From: Natronomonas sp.
GTDB lineage: Archaea > Halobacteriota > Halobacteria > Halobacteriales > Haloarculaceae
Direction: 5' to 3'
Length of the DNA stretch: 64,000 nucleotides
Assembly: GCA_040409725.1 (NCBI GenBank)
Contig: JARWGK010000105.1
Coordinates: 1,808-65,807 of the forward strand
Part shown: one piece after another, positions 17,904-27,891 of the stretch
Position numbering within the stretch: position 1 is the stretch's first letter
How the letters are laid out: the number at the start of each line of letters is the position of its first letter
Notes under the pieces: generated by a model
What the model saw: only the letters and a program-made list of their open reading frames with translations
Database searches by the model: none
What the model was told of the DNA's origin: nothing
Program-made: the position numbers and the translations under genes

Positions 17904-19576
17904 CGTTCGAAGTGAGCGAGCAACGCGTCGTGCAGCGAGCCGTTGCTTCCGAGCAGGGGACGCCGGGTGGCGTCCTCGTCGAGGACGAGCCGATACTCCG
18001 ATCCCGTTTCGTCAGTGATCCGACCACCGGCCTCACGCAGCAGGAGTATGCCGGCCGCGACGTCCCACGGGTAGGTGTCGTTTTCCCAGACCGCGTCGGC
18101 GCTTCCGACGGCCACGTACGCGAGATTCAACGCTGCGCTGCCGATCCGCCGAACCCCCTGTGTCTCGTCGTAGAACTGCCGAAGGAACGCGCCCTGTGGA
18201 TCGTACCCGCTCAACAGCATCCCCTCGTCGAGTCGGTTCCGGTCGGTTGGTTCGGCCCGAACGTCGTTCTGATAACAGCCACGGCCACGGACTGCGTGAA
18301 ACATCTCGTCGGCTTCGGGGTTGTACACGACGCCGACGACCGGTTCTCGATTCTCGTCTACCATCGCTATCGAAATCGCGTAGTTCGGGTTTCCGTGTGC
18401 GAAGTTCCCCGTCCCGTCGAGTGGGTCGACGATCCAGACGTACTCCGGTGTCCCCTCGACGACCATGTCCTCCTCGGAGCGGAATCCGTGTGACGGAAAC
18501 TCGTTTTCGATCACGGCCTCGATTATGTGTTGACTCTGATAATCCGCCTCCGTGACGATGTCTGCCTTGTCGGATTTGTACTTGATCTGCTCCACCTGCC
18601 CGTGGAGTTCACGGAGCGCTTCACCGGCCGCCCGTGCTGCTTCCCGTGCGACCCGCGATGCGACCGTGAGGAAATCCTCCGGTGCGGTCTCCGGGAGCGT
18701 TTCGGTGGGTCCGGCGTCGGTCAGTTCACGCAGACTCCACCCGAGTTTTCCGGCCAGAGCGGCCATGAACGGATCGTCGAACGACGTTCGAACCACCTGA
18801 ACCGGGCGCTCTGCTCCGGTTATCTCGATCACCTCGTCTTCGACGTGCGTGACGTGCCGACCGCCGTCTATGACCACCATCGCCTCCGTCTCCGGCACCA
18901 CCCGGATCGTCGATTCCTCGCTCACGACGATCGGCTTCGCGCTGACGTTGTGGGTCTGGTACGGAACGATCTGGAGGGTGAAGTTGTTGTTCGGGTAGTG
19001 GATCGGCCCGTCGTTCGACAGCGCCTGTCCCGTACTCCCCGTTGGCGTACTGATTATGAGTCCGGTGCCGAAATACTCCCCGACGTACTCCGTGTCCACG
19101 AAACAGTGGAGTTTACACACCTTCCGTCCGTGTGATTTCTCTGGTGGGACGGTTTCGATCGTCACCTCGTTGATACCGGTCGTATCCAGGTCGGCGCCGG
19201 AGACGTGGTACTGCTGTCGCCTGTGGACGGTACTTCGACCGCGGAGAATCTCTGTCAGGGCGTCCGTCGCCTGTTCGGGATACACGCGGGAGAGGAAGGC
19301 GAGTGAACCGGTGTTGATCCCGAGAAAGGGGATGCTGTGCGGTGTGAACGTCCGTGCCGCCTCCAGAAACACGCCGTCACCACCGACGACGATACCGAGT
19401 GTCTCCCGTGCCGTATCGAACTGCTCCGTCGTCACGTCGTCACCGACGTCCAGGACGGTGAGTGCGATGTCGTTTTCGTCCGCCCACGCCGAAATTCGAT
19501 CGAGAACGGCCCCGCTTTCGGGTGTGGTGAGTACGATGAGTTCACGCACCGTCGCCAGACGACGTCCATGCATCAT
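17900..19576 (-). CDS. bifunctional NAD kinase / inositol monophosphatase-family phosphatase
   Basis: N-terminal GGDG, GINTGSLAFL, NE, STPTGST (NAD kinase); C-terminal SEE, DPLDGT, R.IGSAAL, WDVAAG (IMPase/FIG). Confidence 0.88.
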   Translation of the reverse strand: MMHGRRLATVRELIVLTTPESGAVLDRISAWADENDIALTVLDVGDDVTTEQFDTARETLGIVVGGDGVFLEAARTFTPHSIPFLGINTGSLAFLSRVYPEQATDALTEILRGRSTVHRRQQYHVSGADLDTTGINEVTIETVPPEKSHGRKVCKLHCFVDTEYVGEYFGTGLIISTPTGSTGQALSNDGPIHYPNNNFTLQIVPYQTHNVSAKPIVVSEESTIRVVPETEAMVVIDGGRHVTHVEDEVIEITGAERPVQVVRTSFDDPFMAALAGKLGWSLRELTDAGPTETLPETAPEDFLTVASRVAREAARAAGEALRELHGQVEQIKYKSDKADIVTEADYQSQHIIEAVIENEFPSHGFRSEEDMVVEGTPEYVWIVDPLDGTGNFAHGNPNYAISIAMVDENREPVVGVVYNPEADEMFHAVRGRGCYQNDVRAEPTDRNRLDEGMLLSGYDPQGAFLRQFYDETQGVRRIGSAALNLAYVAVGSADAVWENDTYPWDVAAGILLLREAGGRITDETGSEYRLVLDEDATRRPLLGSNGSLHDALLAHFER

Positions 19577-19722
19577 CTACCATACTGGCGGGAGCAGTAT
19601 ATGATGTTGGGTCTGTGATCGGCTTTGGCTCGCGCCATCTTCCGTCGTGGCGGTCGTGACAAGCGTTGAATGTTGTTGGTTAGCCCGGGTTTATATTCGT
19701 TCGTGCGCATCAATCAATTTAC

Positions 19723-21147
19723 ATGAGCGACACTCCGGGCGGGACGAACGTACAGGGGGAGGCCCCCGACGCCGAACCCGTCGTCGAAACCGAGGAGGCG
19801 ACACTCACGGAGGACGCCGAACTCGAACGGACGCTCGGGCTCAGCGGCGGGCTCGCGATCGGAATCGGGACGATGATCGGTGCCGGGATCTTCGTCTTCC
19901 CCGGTCTCGCCGGCGGACAGATCGGGACAGCCGCGACGGTCTCATTCGGGATCGGGGGCGTCGTCGCACTGCTCGTCGCGCTGCCGACCTCGGAGTTGGC
20001 AACCGCGATGCCGAAAAGCGGCGGCGGGTACTACTTCATCTCACGCGGACTCGGGACGCTCGCCGGAACGGTCATCGGCCTGTCCCTCTGGTTCGGCCTC
20101 GTCTTCGCCACGGCGTTTTATCTCGTCGGACTGGGGTTTTATACCTTGGATGCACTCGCCGAGGTTGGAATCACGATCTCGGCGAGTCCGGGCGCCGTCG
20201 TCTCCGCCATCGCCGTCCTCGCGGGAATTGGATTCACCGTTTTGAACGTGACGGGGACCGAAAACGCAGCGAAGCTCCAAAACGGGATCGTCGCACTGCT
20301 TTTGTCGATGCTCACCGCCTTTCTTGGCTTCGGGCTGCTCGAGGCGTTCGGCATCGTCGATGCCGGCACACCGCCGGGAGAGGCCGCAAACGTCTGGGAG
20401 GTCGTCCCGATCATGTCCGTCGCCGCGCTCGTTTTCACCTCGTATCTGGGGTTCGCACAGGTCGCGACCGTCGCAGGTGAAATGAAACGACCGGGGCGAA
20501 ACCTTCCGCTTGCGATGATCGGGTCGGTGCTGATCGTCACGGCGCTGTACGTGTTGACGATCTTCGTCGCCACGGACATCTTCACCCAGCAACAGCTGCT
20601 GGATGCGGGCGAAACGGCGATGGTCGAGGTCGGCCGACAGCTGCTCGGGGGGATCGGCGCGCTCGTGATCATCGTCGGTGGCCTGCTCGCGACGATGTCC
20701 TCGGCGAACGCATCGATCCTGAGCACGTCCCGGGCGATCTACGGCGTCTCGAAGGACGCATTGCTGCCGAAGTGGGCAAGCCGGATCAACCTGAAATACG
20801 GAACGCCTCACGTCGCACTCGGGATGGCCGGCGGCCCCGTCGTCGTGCTCGCGGCCACGAGACAGGTGCAACTGCTCGCCGAGGTGGCCTCCTTTCTCCA
20901 CCTGATCATGTACGGGCTGATGTGTGTTGCGTTGCTCGCGATCCGACGCGATCAACCGGAGTGGTACGACCTGGATTTCGTCGTCCCCGGCGGTCCGGTG
21001 ATCCCCGTACTCGGCGCGCTTGCGAGCTTCGGTCTGATCGCGTTCATGCAACCGACCTCGATCGTGGTCGGACTCGCGGTCATCGTCGGAACCTCCGGGT
21101 GGTACTTCTATTACGCTCGGGGCATCACCCTCAAGGGGGCCCTATAG
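19723..21147 (+). CDS. APC-family amino acid permease
   Basis: LERTLG...GTMIGAGIF, ELATAMPKSGGGY, AGEMK.P.RNLP; about 12 TM segments. Confidence 0.92.
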   Translation: MSDTPGGTNVQGEAPDAEPVVETEEATLTEDAELERTLGLSGGLAIGIGTMIGAGIFVFPGLAGGQIGTAATVSFGIGGVVALLVALPTSELATAMPKSGGGYYFISRGLGTLAGTVIGLSLWFGLVFATAFYLVGLGFYTLDALAEVGITISASPGAVVSAIAVLAGIGFTVLNVTGTENAAKLQNGIVALLLSMLTAFLGFGLLEAFGIVDAGTPPGEAANVWEVVPIMSVAALVFTSYLGFAQVATVAGEMKRPGRNLPLAMIGSVLIVTALYVLTIFVATDIFTQQQLLDAGETAMVEVGRQLLGGIGALVIIVGGLLATMSSANASILSTSRAIYGVSKDALLPKWASRINLKYGTPHVALGMAGGPVVVLAATRQVQLLAEVASFLHLIMYGLMCVALLAIRRDQPEWYDLDFVVPGGPVIPVLGALASFGLIAFMQPTSIVVGLAVIVGTSGWYFYYARGITLKGAL

Positions 21148-21148
21148 T

Positions 21149-21841
21149 ATGACTCGCGTACTCGTTCCCGTCGAGGTGCTCGAAGGGAAAACGGTGTCAC
21201 CGGGACTGATGAACCTGCTCGGGACCGTCGACGTGACCGTCCTCGGCTACCACGTGTTGCCCGAACAGACGCCGCCCGATCAGGCTCGACTCCAGTTCGA
21301 GGAGCGGGCAACCGACGCACTGGAGGATCTCACCCAGGAGTTCGAGACGGCCGGCGGCGCGGCCGACCATCGACTCGTCTTCACCCACAACCGCGAGCAG
21401 ACGATCACCCGGGTCGCAGACGAGATCGACGCCCGAGCGTTTGCAATCTCCGGCATGACCGGCGACGTCGACCGGCTGCTCGTCTCGCTTTCGGGTGACG
21501 TCGCAACCGACCGAATCCTCACGTTCGTCGAAGACGTCGTCGGCGGCCGAGACATCGGCGTCACGCTGTTTTTCGCCGGTGCCGAACCCGACGAAGGGCG
21601 ACTCGAAGGCGACGCGGATCGACTTCGAAACGCGGGAATCGACGTCACGACGGAACTGGTCGAGAGCAACTCGCCGTTCAAGGCGCTGATGGAGATGGTT
21701 CCGGGTCACGATGCCGTCGTCATGGGTGAGAACGCGCCCTCGATCCGCTCGCTCGTCTTCGGCGACGAGGGCGACCGGGTCGCCTCGGCTTCGGTCGGTC
21801 CGGTGTTGGTCGTCCGATACGACGAGTCCCTCGACGGGTGA
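21149..21841 (+). CDS. universal stress protein (USP) domain protein associated with APC permease
   Basis: RVLVPV start, DAVVMGE...PVLVVR ending; starts 1 bp after the permease stop. Confidence 0.8.
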   Translation: MTRVLVPVEVLEGKTVSPGLMNLLGTVDVTVLGYHVLPEQTPPDQARLQFEERATDALEDLTQEFETAGGAADHRLVFTHNREQTITRVADEIDARAFAISGMTGDVDRLLVSLSGDVATDRILTFVEDVVGGRDIGVTLFFAGAEPDEGRLEGDADRLRNAGIDVTTELVESNSPFKALMEMVPGHDAVVMGENAPSIRSLVFGDEGDRVASASVGPVLVVRYDESLDG

Positions 21842-21852
21842 TTCGACCCGTC

Positions 21853-22125
21853 TCAACCGTCGACTGAAAAGTCCTCGACCGATCGGCCGGTGCGAACGAC
21901 CCGTTCGCTTATCATCAGCTGCTTTTGTCGATCGAGTTCCTCCCAGCGAAGCGATTCCGGCGGCGACTCCTCCAAGGACTGAAACTTCTCGAACACGGCG
22001 TCGTTGATGAATCGCTCGAAGGACTCACAGTTCGGACAGGTGACGGAGAGGTGTGACGTGTCGAACGGACGCGTGATGGTGTGCTCCAGACAGTCGAGAC
22101 ACCGGTACAGGCGGTCAGTGGGCAT
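21853..22125 (-). CDS. small CxxC zinc-finger hypothetical protein
   Basis: YRCLDC...VTCPNC motifs; start at ATG 22125. Confidence 0.75.
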   Translation of the reverse strand: MPTDRLYRCLDCLEHTITRPFDTSHLSVTCPNCESFERFINDAVFEKFQSLEESPPESLRWEELDRQKQLMISERVVRTGRSVEDFSVDG

Positions 22126-22311
22126 GGCCGGGGGTACGACGCCGATGCGGTAATATCTGTTCTTCGTTACAGTCCTCTGAAAGTACATTAACATTTATTA
22201 AGAATAGGTCCATAGCAGGTGATGGAGAGATGCTCGACACCGTACCTGTACGCGTCTGATTTTGACTCCCCGATATCGTACCGACTGTTCAAGATTCGAT
22301 ACACATCCGTC

Positions 22312-22620
22312 ATGTACGACCCGTACGCAGCCCCGATCGTTCCGATCGATGTCGAATCGTCCGCTCGAGACACAGCGAAATCCACCGACACACCGGAGTC
22401 ACGTGTGACAGACGACGGGCGACCCCGGTCGACGCCCGCGGAGTTCGGTGCACCGCTCGTCCCGGTGACCGACGAACGGGGCGAAACGCCCGCTCTCTCG
22501 GATGAAGACGACGCTGCGGTGTGGGGCGCGAACCCGGTCGAAACCCCCGAAATAACGGAGTACGAGCGCGAACAGGAAGAGATTCTGCCGGCGGTTGGGA
22601 CCCTCCGTCTGTCCCACTGA
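22312..22620 (+). CDS. hypothetical acidic protein
   Basis: Acidic composition, fills an otherwise empty gap; start uncertain (22219 or 22312). Confidence 0.4.
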   Translation: MYDPYAAPIVPIDVESSARDTAKSTDTPESRVTDDGRPRSTPAEFGAPLVPVTDERGETPALSDEDDAAVWGANPVETPEITEYEREQEEILPAVGTLRLSH

Positions 22621-22657
22621 GAACTCGCCACCGGCCACCGCGATTTTCATGCCGTTG

Positions 22658-23794
22658 TCACTCGACGCGGCCGCCGTCGGCCACGCGCCGTTTTCCGTGC
22701 GGAAACCAGGCGAGTTCGTGATCTGCGTTGAGCGAGACACAGACCCGCTCGTCCAGTGAAATCCGTTCGGCGTGGTTGTGCATACACTCGACGACGTCTC
22801 CGGAGTCCAGCTCGACGCGGTACAGCACCGTCGGACCGAGATACCGTCGATAGACGACGGTCCCGTTTGCACCCGTCGTACACGGCGCCGCTTCGATGTC
22901 GTCCGGCCGCACCATCAGATCGACCCTCGAGTTGATGTAGTCGTCCGTCAGTCCGTGAACCTGCGAAAGCGGAAAACACCCGATGGTGGTGTCGACACAG
23001 TCGCTTTCGACGGTGCCGGAGATGAACGACGCGTGGCCGAGGAACCCGGCGACGAACCGAGACTCGGGTTGCTGGAACACCTCCTCGGGTGTGCCGACCT
23101 GTTCGATCTGTCCCTCGTTCATCACCGCAACGCGGTCGCTTATGGACATCGCCTCCTCCTGATCGTGCGTGACCGACACCGCCGTGACGCCGGCTTCCTT
23201 GAGGATGCGGCGGACCTCTTCCCGCATCTCGACGCGCAGGTCGACGTCGAGATTGGAAAACGGTTCATCGAGCAACAGCAGACTCGGTTCGGGGGCGAGC
23301 GATCTGGCGAGTGCCACCCGCTGTTGTTGACCGCCGGAGAGGTCCTCGGGCGGCTTGTCGCCGTGATCGGTCAGTCCAACGAGTTCGAGGAGTTCGTCCA
23401 CCCGCCGTTCGACGGCCGCCTCGTCGTCTTCCTGCAGACCGAAGGCGATGTTCTCACGCGCACTCAGATGCGGAAACAGCGCGAACTCCTGAAACACGAC
23501 GCCGACGTCTCGCTGCTCGGGTGGCCGAAACCGGCTTCCGGTCACGGCGGCCCCGTCCAGCGATATCGTTCCGCTGTCCGGCCGTTCGAGTCCGGCGATC
23601 AACCGCAGGGTCGTCGTTTTCCCACAGCCGGATGGGCCGAGCAGCGTCAGCAGTTCCCCGTCCCTGACAGAAAGCGACAGGTCGTGGATGACAGACGTTC
23701 CCTGAAACGACTTGTTGATATCGTCCAACTCCAGAACCGTTCGGGTCGAACCGCGGCGCCTCTGTGTCCCTGCGGTGGAAAGTTCACTGGACAT
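22658..23794 (-). CDS. stand-alone ABC ATP-binding protein, FbpC/PotA-like
   Basis: GPSGCGKT, LSGGQQQR, LLLDEPFSNLD, VTHDQEEA, TOBE tail; clear paralogue of the ATPase part of 3614-6433. Confidence 0.92.
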   Translation of the reverse strand: MSSELSTAGTQRRRGSTRTVLELDDINKSFQGTSVIHDLSLSVRDGELLTLLGPSGCGKTTTLRLIAGLERPDSGTISLDGAAVTGSRFRPPEQRDVGVVFQEFALFPHLSARENIAFGLQEDDEAAVERRVDELLELVGLTDHGDKPPEDLSGGQQQRVALARSLAPEPSLLLLDEPFSNLDVDLRVEMREEVRRILKEAGVTAVSVTHDQEEAMSISDRVAVMNEGQIEQVGTPEEVFQQPESRFVAGFLGHASFISGTVESDCVDTTIGCFPLSQVHGLTDDYINSRVDLMVRPDDIEAAPCTTGANGTVVYRRYLGPTVLYRVELDSGDVVECMHNHAERISLDERVCVSLNADHELAWFPHGKRRVADGGRVE

Positions 23795-23843
23795 CACGAC
23801 CACCTCCACGTTCGGGCCGGCTGACGTTCATCACCTCACATTG

Positions 23844-23859
23844 TTTAGGCAAGCCAAAA
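23844..23859. promoter_or_regulatory. putative DtxR/IdeR-family metal-repressor operator
   Basis: TTTAGGCAAGCCAAAA, a near match to the TTAGGnnnnCCTAA-type palindrome, about 50 bp upstream of the Fe-family ABC ATPase start. Confidence 0.55.
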
Positions 23860-24069
23860 ATACCTTCCGCTCCGTTCCGGTTTCCGGGATGTTTACATCG
23901 TGGAAACTGCGTCGATTCTCCCGAAATAATAATACAATCTGAAACAGATATAATGTCATGGGATCCTGTCCAAGGACAACCACTATTAGCACAACTACAC
24001 CGGATTGTGTATGGAGAATCCTGCAGTGATGGACACCGACACGACGAAACCGAACGGGGAGGAGTCCTG

Positions 24070-24819
24070 ATGGCTCTGGAAGATCAGACGTGTGTCGTCA
24101 CGGGTGCATCACGCGGTATCGGCCGTGGAATTGCGAAGGAACTCGGCCGCTACGGTGCGGAGGTCGTCGTGAACTACCGTTCCTCCGAGCAGGCGGCCCA
24201 CGACGTGGTCGACACGATCAGGGGATTCGACAACGACAGCGATGCGATTGCCGTACAGGCCGACGTCACCGACGAGGAGGCGGTCCTCGAGATGGCAGAG
24301 CGGACACAGGAGACGTTCGGCGGGGCCGATGTCCTCGTCAACAACGCCGGTCTGACCGTCGACAAGAAGTTCGAGAACATGACACGGGACGACTGGGACG
24401 CGGTCGTCGAGGTGAACCTGGGTGGGGTGTTCAACTGTACGAACGCCTTCTTCGAGGACATCCGATCGGCTGATCACGGTCGGTTGATCAACATCTCCTC
24501 GGTCGTTGGTCAGCAGGGCAACTACGGGCAGGCGAACTACGCCACGACGAAGTCGGGGTTGTTCGGGTTCACCCGGACGATCGCACTCGAACTCGCCCCG
24601 GAGGGATCGACGGCGAACTGTGTCGCGCCGGGATTCGTCGAAACGGACATGCTCGAGGAGGTTCCCGAACGCGTCCAAGAGAAGATCCTTCGTCGTATTC
24701 CGCTCGATCGATTCGCCACCACGGACGACGTGGCGGGAATCGTTCGCTTCGTCGCCAGCGAGGACTCCGCCTACATGACCGGTCAGGTGCTCGGCGTCAA
24801 CGGCGGGATGGAGTGGTGA
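24070..24819 (+). CDS. fabG: short-chain dehydrogenase, 3-oxoacyl-ACP/acetoacetyl-CoA reductase (FabG/PhaB-like)
   Basis: TGASRGIG, VNNAG, NISSVVG, YATTK, NCVAPGFVETDM, GQVLGVNGG; start at ATG 24070. Confidence 0.88.
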   Translation: MALEDQTCVVTGASRGIGRGIAKELGRYGAEVVVNYRSSEQAAHDVVDTIRGFDNDSDAIAVQADVTDEEAVLEMAERTQETFGGADVLVNNAGLTVDKKFENMTRDDWDAVVEVNLGGVFNCTNAFFEDIRSADHGRLINISSVVGQQGNYGQANYATTKSGLFGFTRTIALELAPEGSTANCVAPGFVETDMLEEVPERVQEKILRRIPLDRFATTDDVAGIVRFVASEDSAYMTGQVLGVNGGMEW

Positions 24820-24820
24820 A

Positions 24821-26389
24821 ATGAGCTCTGACACCTCGGAGATCGAACGCGAGGATCCGGTCGCGGAGCTGCGTGCTCGCCGCGAGCGAGCGAAAAAAGG
24901 CGGCGGCGACGACCGGATCGAAAAGCAACACGAGAAAGGCAAGATGACCGCCCGCGAGCGGATCGAGTACTTCCTCGACGACGACACGTTCCGGGAACTC
25001 GACCCGTTCGTCGAACACCGGTCGGACAACTTCGACATGGCCGAAAAGCGGTTCGCCGGCGACGCCGTTGTCACCGGATACGGTGAGATCGACGGCCGAA
25101 AGGTGTTCGTCTTCGCACACGACTTCACCGTTCTCGGTGGATCCGTCGGAGAGGTCGTCGCCGACAAGATCACGAAGGCGATGGACCACGCCGTCGAGGC
25201 CGGCGTTCCGATCGTCGGTCTCAACGACTCCGCGGGTGCTCGCATCCAGGAAGGCGTCGATTCACTCGTCGGATTCGCCCGGATCTTCAAGCGAAACACC
25301 GACGCCTCCGGACTCGTCCCACAGATCTCCGCGATCATGGGGCCGTGTGCCGGCGGCGCGACGTACTCCCCGGCGTTGACCGACTTCACCTTCATGGTTC
25401 GGGACACGGCACACGCCTTCATCACCGGCCCCGACGTCATCGAGACGGTCACCGGCGAGCAGGTGTCGATGCAGGAACTCGGTGGCGCCCGCGCTCACGC
25501 GAGCAAATCCGGCGTCGCCCACATGGCGTGTGACGACGAGGAGGCGACCCTCGATTCGATCCGGCGACTGCTGTCGTATCTGCCGCAGAACAACATGGAG
25601 GATCCACCGGCGATCGATTCGTGGGACGACCCGACACGCGACGCCGACGTCGGTGACATCGTTCCTGAGGCTCCAAAGAAGCCCTACGACGTTCTCGACG
25701 TCATCGACGAGGTGCTCGACGAGCAGTCGTTTTACGAGGTTCACGACGGCTACGCCCGAAACGTCGTCGTCGGCTTCGCCCGACTCGACGGCAGAGCCGT
25801 CGGCGTCGTCGCAAATCAGCCGCGGGTGAGCGCCGGAACCCTCGATATCGACTCCTCGGAGAAGGCCGCTCGCTTCGTCCGGACCTGTGATTCGTTCAAC
25901 CTCCCCATCGTCACGCTCGTCGACGTCCCCGGCTTCATGCCCGGAACCGATCAGGAGCACAACGGAATCATCCGCCACGGCGCGAAGCTGATCTACGCCT
26001 ACGCCGAGGCGACGGTTCCGCTTTTGACCGTCATCACGCGAAAGGCCTACGGCGGCGCCTACATCGTGATGGGATCGAAGGAACTCGGTGCAGACGCAAA
26101 CTACGCGTGGCCGGGTGCAGAGATGGCCGTTCTCGGCCCACGCGGCGCGGTCAACATCCTCTACCGGAGTGAACTCCAGGAGGCAGAGGACACCGAGACG
26201 CGGCGACAGGAACTGATGGACGAGTACCGCGAGGAGTTCGCAAACCCGTACAAACCCGCAAAGCGAGGGTACATCGACGACGTGATCGAACCGGCCGACA
26301 CCAGACGGCGGCTGATCGACGACCTCGAACTCCATTCGCGGAAACGAACGGACACTCCACCGAAGGACCACGGAAACATTCCCCTATAA
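24821..26389 (+). CDS. pccB: acyl-CoA (propionyl-CoA) carboxylase carboxyltransferase beta subunit
   Basis: GKMTARERI, DSAGARIQEG, GPCAGGATY, DVPGFMPG, RKAYGGAY, KDHGNIPL. Confidence 0.93.
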   Translation: MSSDTSEIEREDPVAELRARRERAKKGGGDDRIEKQHEKGKMTARERIEYFLDDDTFRELDPFVEHRSDNFDMAEKRFAGDAVVTGYGEIDGRKVFVFAHDFTVLGGSVGEVVADKITKAMDHAVEAGVPIVGLNDSAGARIQEGVDSLVGFARIFKRNTDASGLVPQISAIMGPCAGGATYSPALTDFTFMVRDTAHAFITGPDVIETVTGEQVSMQELGGARAHASKSGVAHMACDDEEATLDSIRRLLSYLPQNNMEDPPAIDSWDDPTRDADVGDIVPEAPKKPYDVLDVIDEVLDEQSFYEVHDGYARNVVVGFARLDGRAVGVVANQPRVSAGTLDIDSSEKAARFVRTCDSFNLPIVTLVDVPGFMPGTDQEHNGIIRHGAKLIYAYAEATVPLLTVITRKAYGGAYIVMGSKELGADANYAWPGAEMAVLGPRGAVNILYRSELQEAEDTETRRQELMDEYREEFANPYKPAKRGYIDDVIEPADTRRRLIDDLELHSRKRTDTPPKDHGNIPL

Positions 26390-26679
26390 TGGCGACGCTC
26401 GAATCAGCCGACGAGGACGAAACTGCGGTGGTCGAAATCCCGACGCCAGAGGGCAAAGCGAGGCTGTCCGTTCCGGACCGGGCGACGGACGAGGAGGTAG
26501 CCGCGCTGATCGCCGCCGTCACGACCCGTCTCGGCGGCGACGACGCCGCGGCCGAAACCGGCCCAGACCCGACCGACCGCTGGCTTCTCGCCGGAAAACT
26601 CGACGCCAGACGGCGGTACGACCTGCCCCGTGAGTGTCGACGTGGCGACGAGTGGAAGGCCGCCGGCCGCCGTCCCTGA
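26389..26679 (+). CDS. acyl-CoA carboxylase small (epsilon/PccX-like) subunit
   Basis: ATDEEVAALIAAV and terminal W..AGR motifs; overlaps the pccB stop. Confidence 0.75.
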   Translation: MATLESADEDETAVVEIPTPEGKARLSVPDRATDEEVAALIAAVTTRLGGDDAAAETGPDPTDRWLLAGKLDARRRYDLPRECRRGDEWKAAGRRP

Positions 26680-26736
26680 TCGATCCACATTTTCCACAAC
26701 AATTACCTCCCCCGCCTCGCCAGAGGTATGCATACA

Positions 26737-27891
26737 ATGAGTGACGTAGCTGTCATCGGTGCGTCGATGACGAAGTTCGGACAGCGAGAGGAGTGGGTAC
26801 TCGAGTTGCTCTCACAGGCCGGGACGGCCTGTCTGGAGGATGCAAACGTCTCGCCGGACGACGTGGAGCATCTCTACACCTCGAACATGGCGAGCGGAGA
26901 GTTCGAGGGCCAGACCGGGATCATGAACGCACTGGCGAACGATCTGTCGGCGATGCCGGCGTACACGGAACGGGTCGATCAGACGTCCTCCTCCGGTGGC
27001 GCCGGAATCTACGCCGCCTGGCGGTCCGTCGCCTCCGGAGCCTCCGACATGACGCTGCTCGTCGGTGGCGAGAAGATGACCCACCGGACGACCTCGGAGG
27101 CGACGGACGTCATCGCCTCGATCACCCACCCGGTCGAGTACAAGGTCGGAGTCACGCTACCCTCCTTCGCCGGGATGACCGCACGGCTCTACCTCGATAC
27201 GTACGACGCACCGCGGGAGAGTCTCGCGAAGGTGGCGGTGAAGAACCACAAGAACGGTCTTAACAACCCCCACGCCCAGTTCCAGAAGGAAGTCGACATG
27301 GAGACGGTGTTGAACTCACCGATCGTCGCCGACCCCCTCCGACTGTACGACTTCTGTCCGATCACCGACGGATCCGCCGCGCTGCTGTTCTGTCCGGTCG
27401 ACGTCGCCGAGGAGTACACGGACGACTACGCCGTGATCTCCGGAATCGGTGGTGCGACCGACACCCACGTCGTCCACGAACGCGCCGACCCGACGACGAT
27501 GGGCGGTGTCGTCGAATCCGGCCGGCAGGCCTACGAGATGTCCGGCTACGGCCCGGAGGACCTGGACGTCGCCGAACTCCACGATATGTTCACCATCCTC
27601 GAGTTCCTCCAGATGGAGGGGCTGGACATCGCACCGGAGGGTGAAGCCTGGAAGGAGATGGACAAGGGAACGACCCAGATGGACGGTGCGTTGCCGATCA
27701 ACACCTCCGGAGGTCTCAAATCCAAAGGCCACCCACTCGGTGCAAGCGGCGTCGCACAGGGCTATGAAATCTACAAACAGGTCGTCGGCGAGGCAGGGCC
27801 ACGACAGGTGGATGCGGACGTCGGTCTGGCCTGCAACGTCGGTGGCTTCGGGAACTGTGTCATCACCACGATCATGGAGGCAGGCAAATGA
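26737..27891 (+). CDS. acaB: thiolase (acetyl-CoA C-acyltransferase, archaeal SCP2-like catalytic subunit)
   Basis: VGGEKM, KNHKNG, CPITDGSAA, ELHDMF, NTSGGLKSKGHPLGASG, NVGGFGNC. Confidence 0.88.
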   Translation: MSDVAVIGASMTKFGQREEWVLELLSQAGTACLEDANVSPDDVEHLYTSNMASGEFEGQTGIMNALANDLSAMPAYTERVDQTSSSGGAGIYAAWRSVASGASDMTLLVGGEKMTHRTTSEATDVIASITHPVEYKVGVTLPSFAGMTARLYLDTYDAPRESLAKVAVKNHKNGLNNPHAQFQKEVDMETVLNSPIVADPLRLYDFCPITDGSAALLFCPVDVAEEYTDDYAVISGIGGATDTHVVHERADPTTMGGVVESGRQAYEMSGYGPEDLDVAELHDMFTILEFLQMEGLDIAPEGEAWKEMDKGTTQMDGALPINTSGGLKSKGHPLGASGVAQGYEIYKQVVGEAGPRQVDADVGLACNVGGFGNCVITTIMEAGK

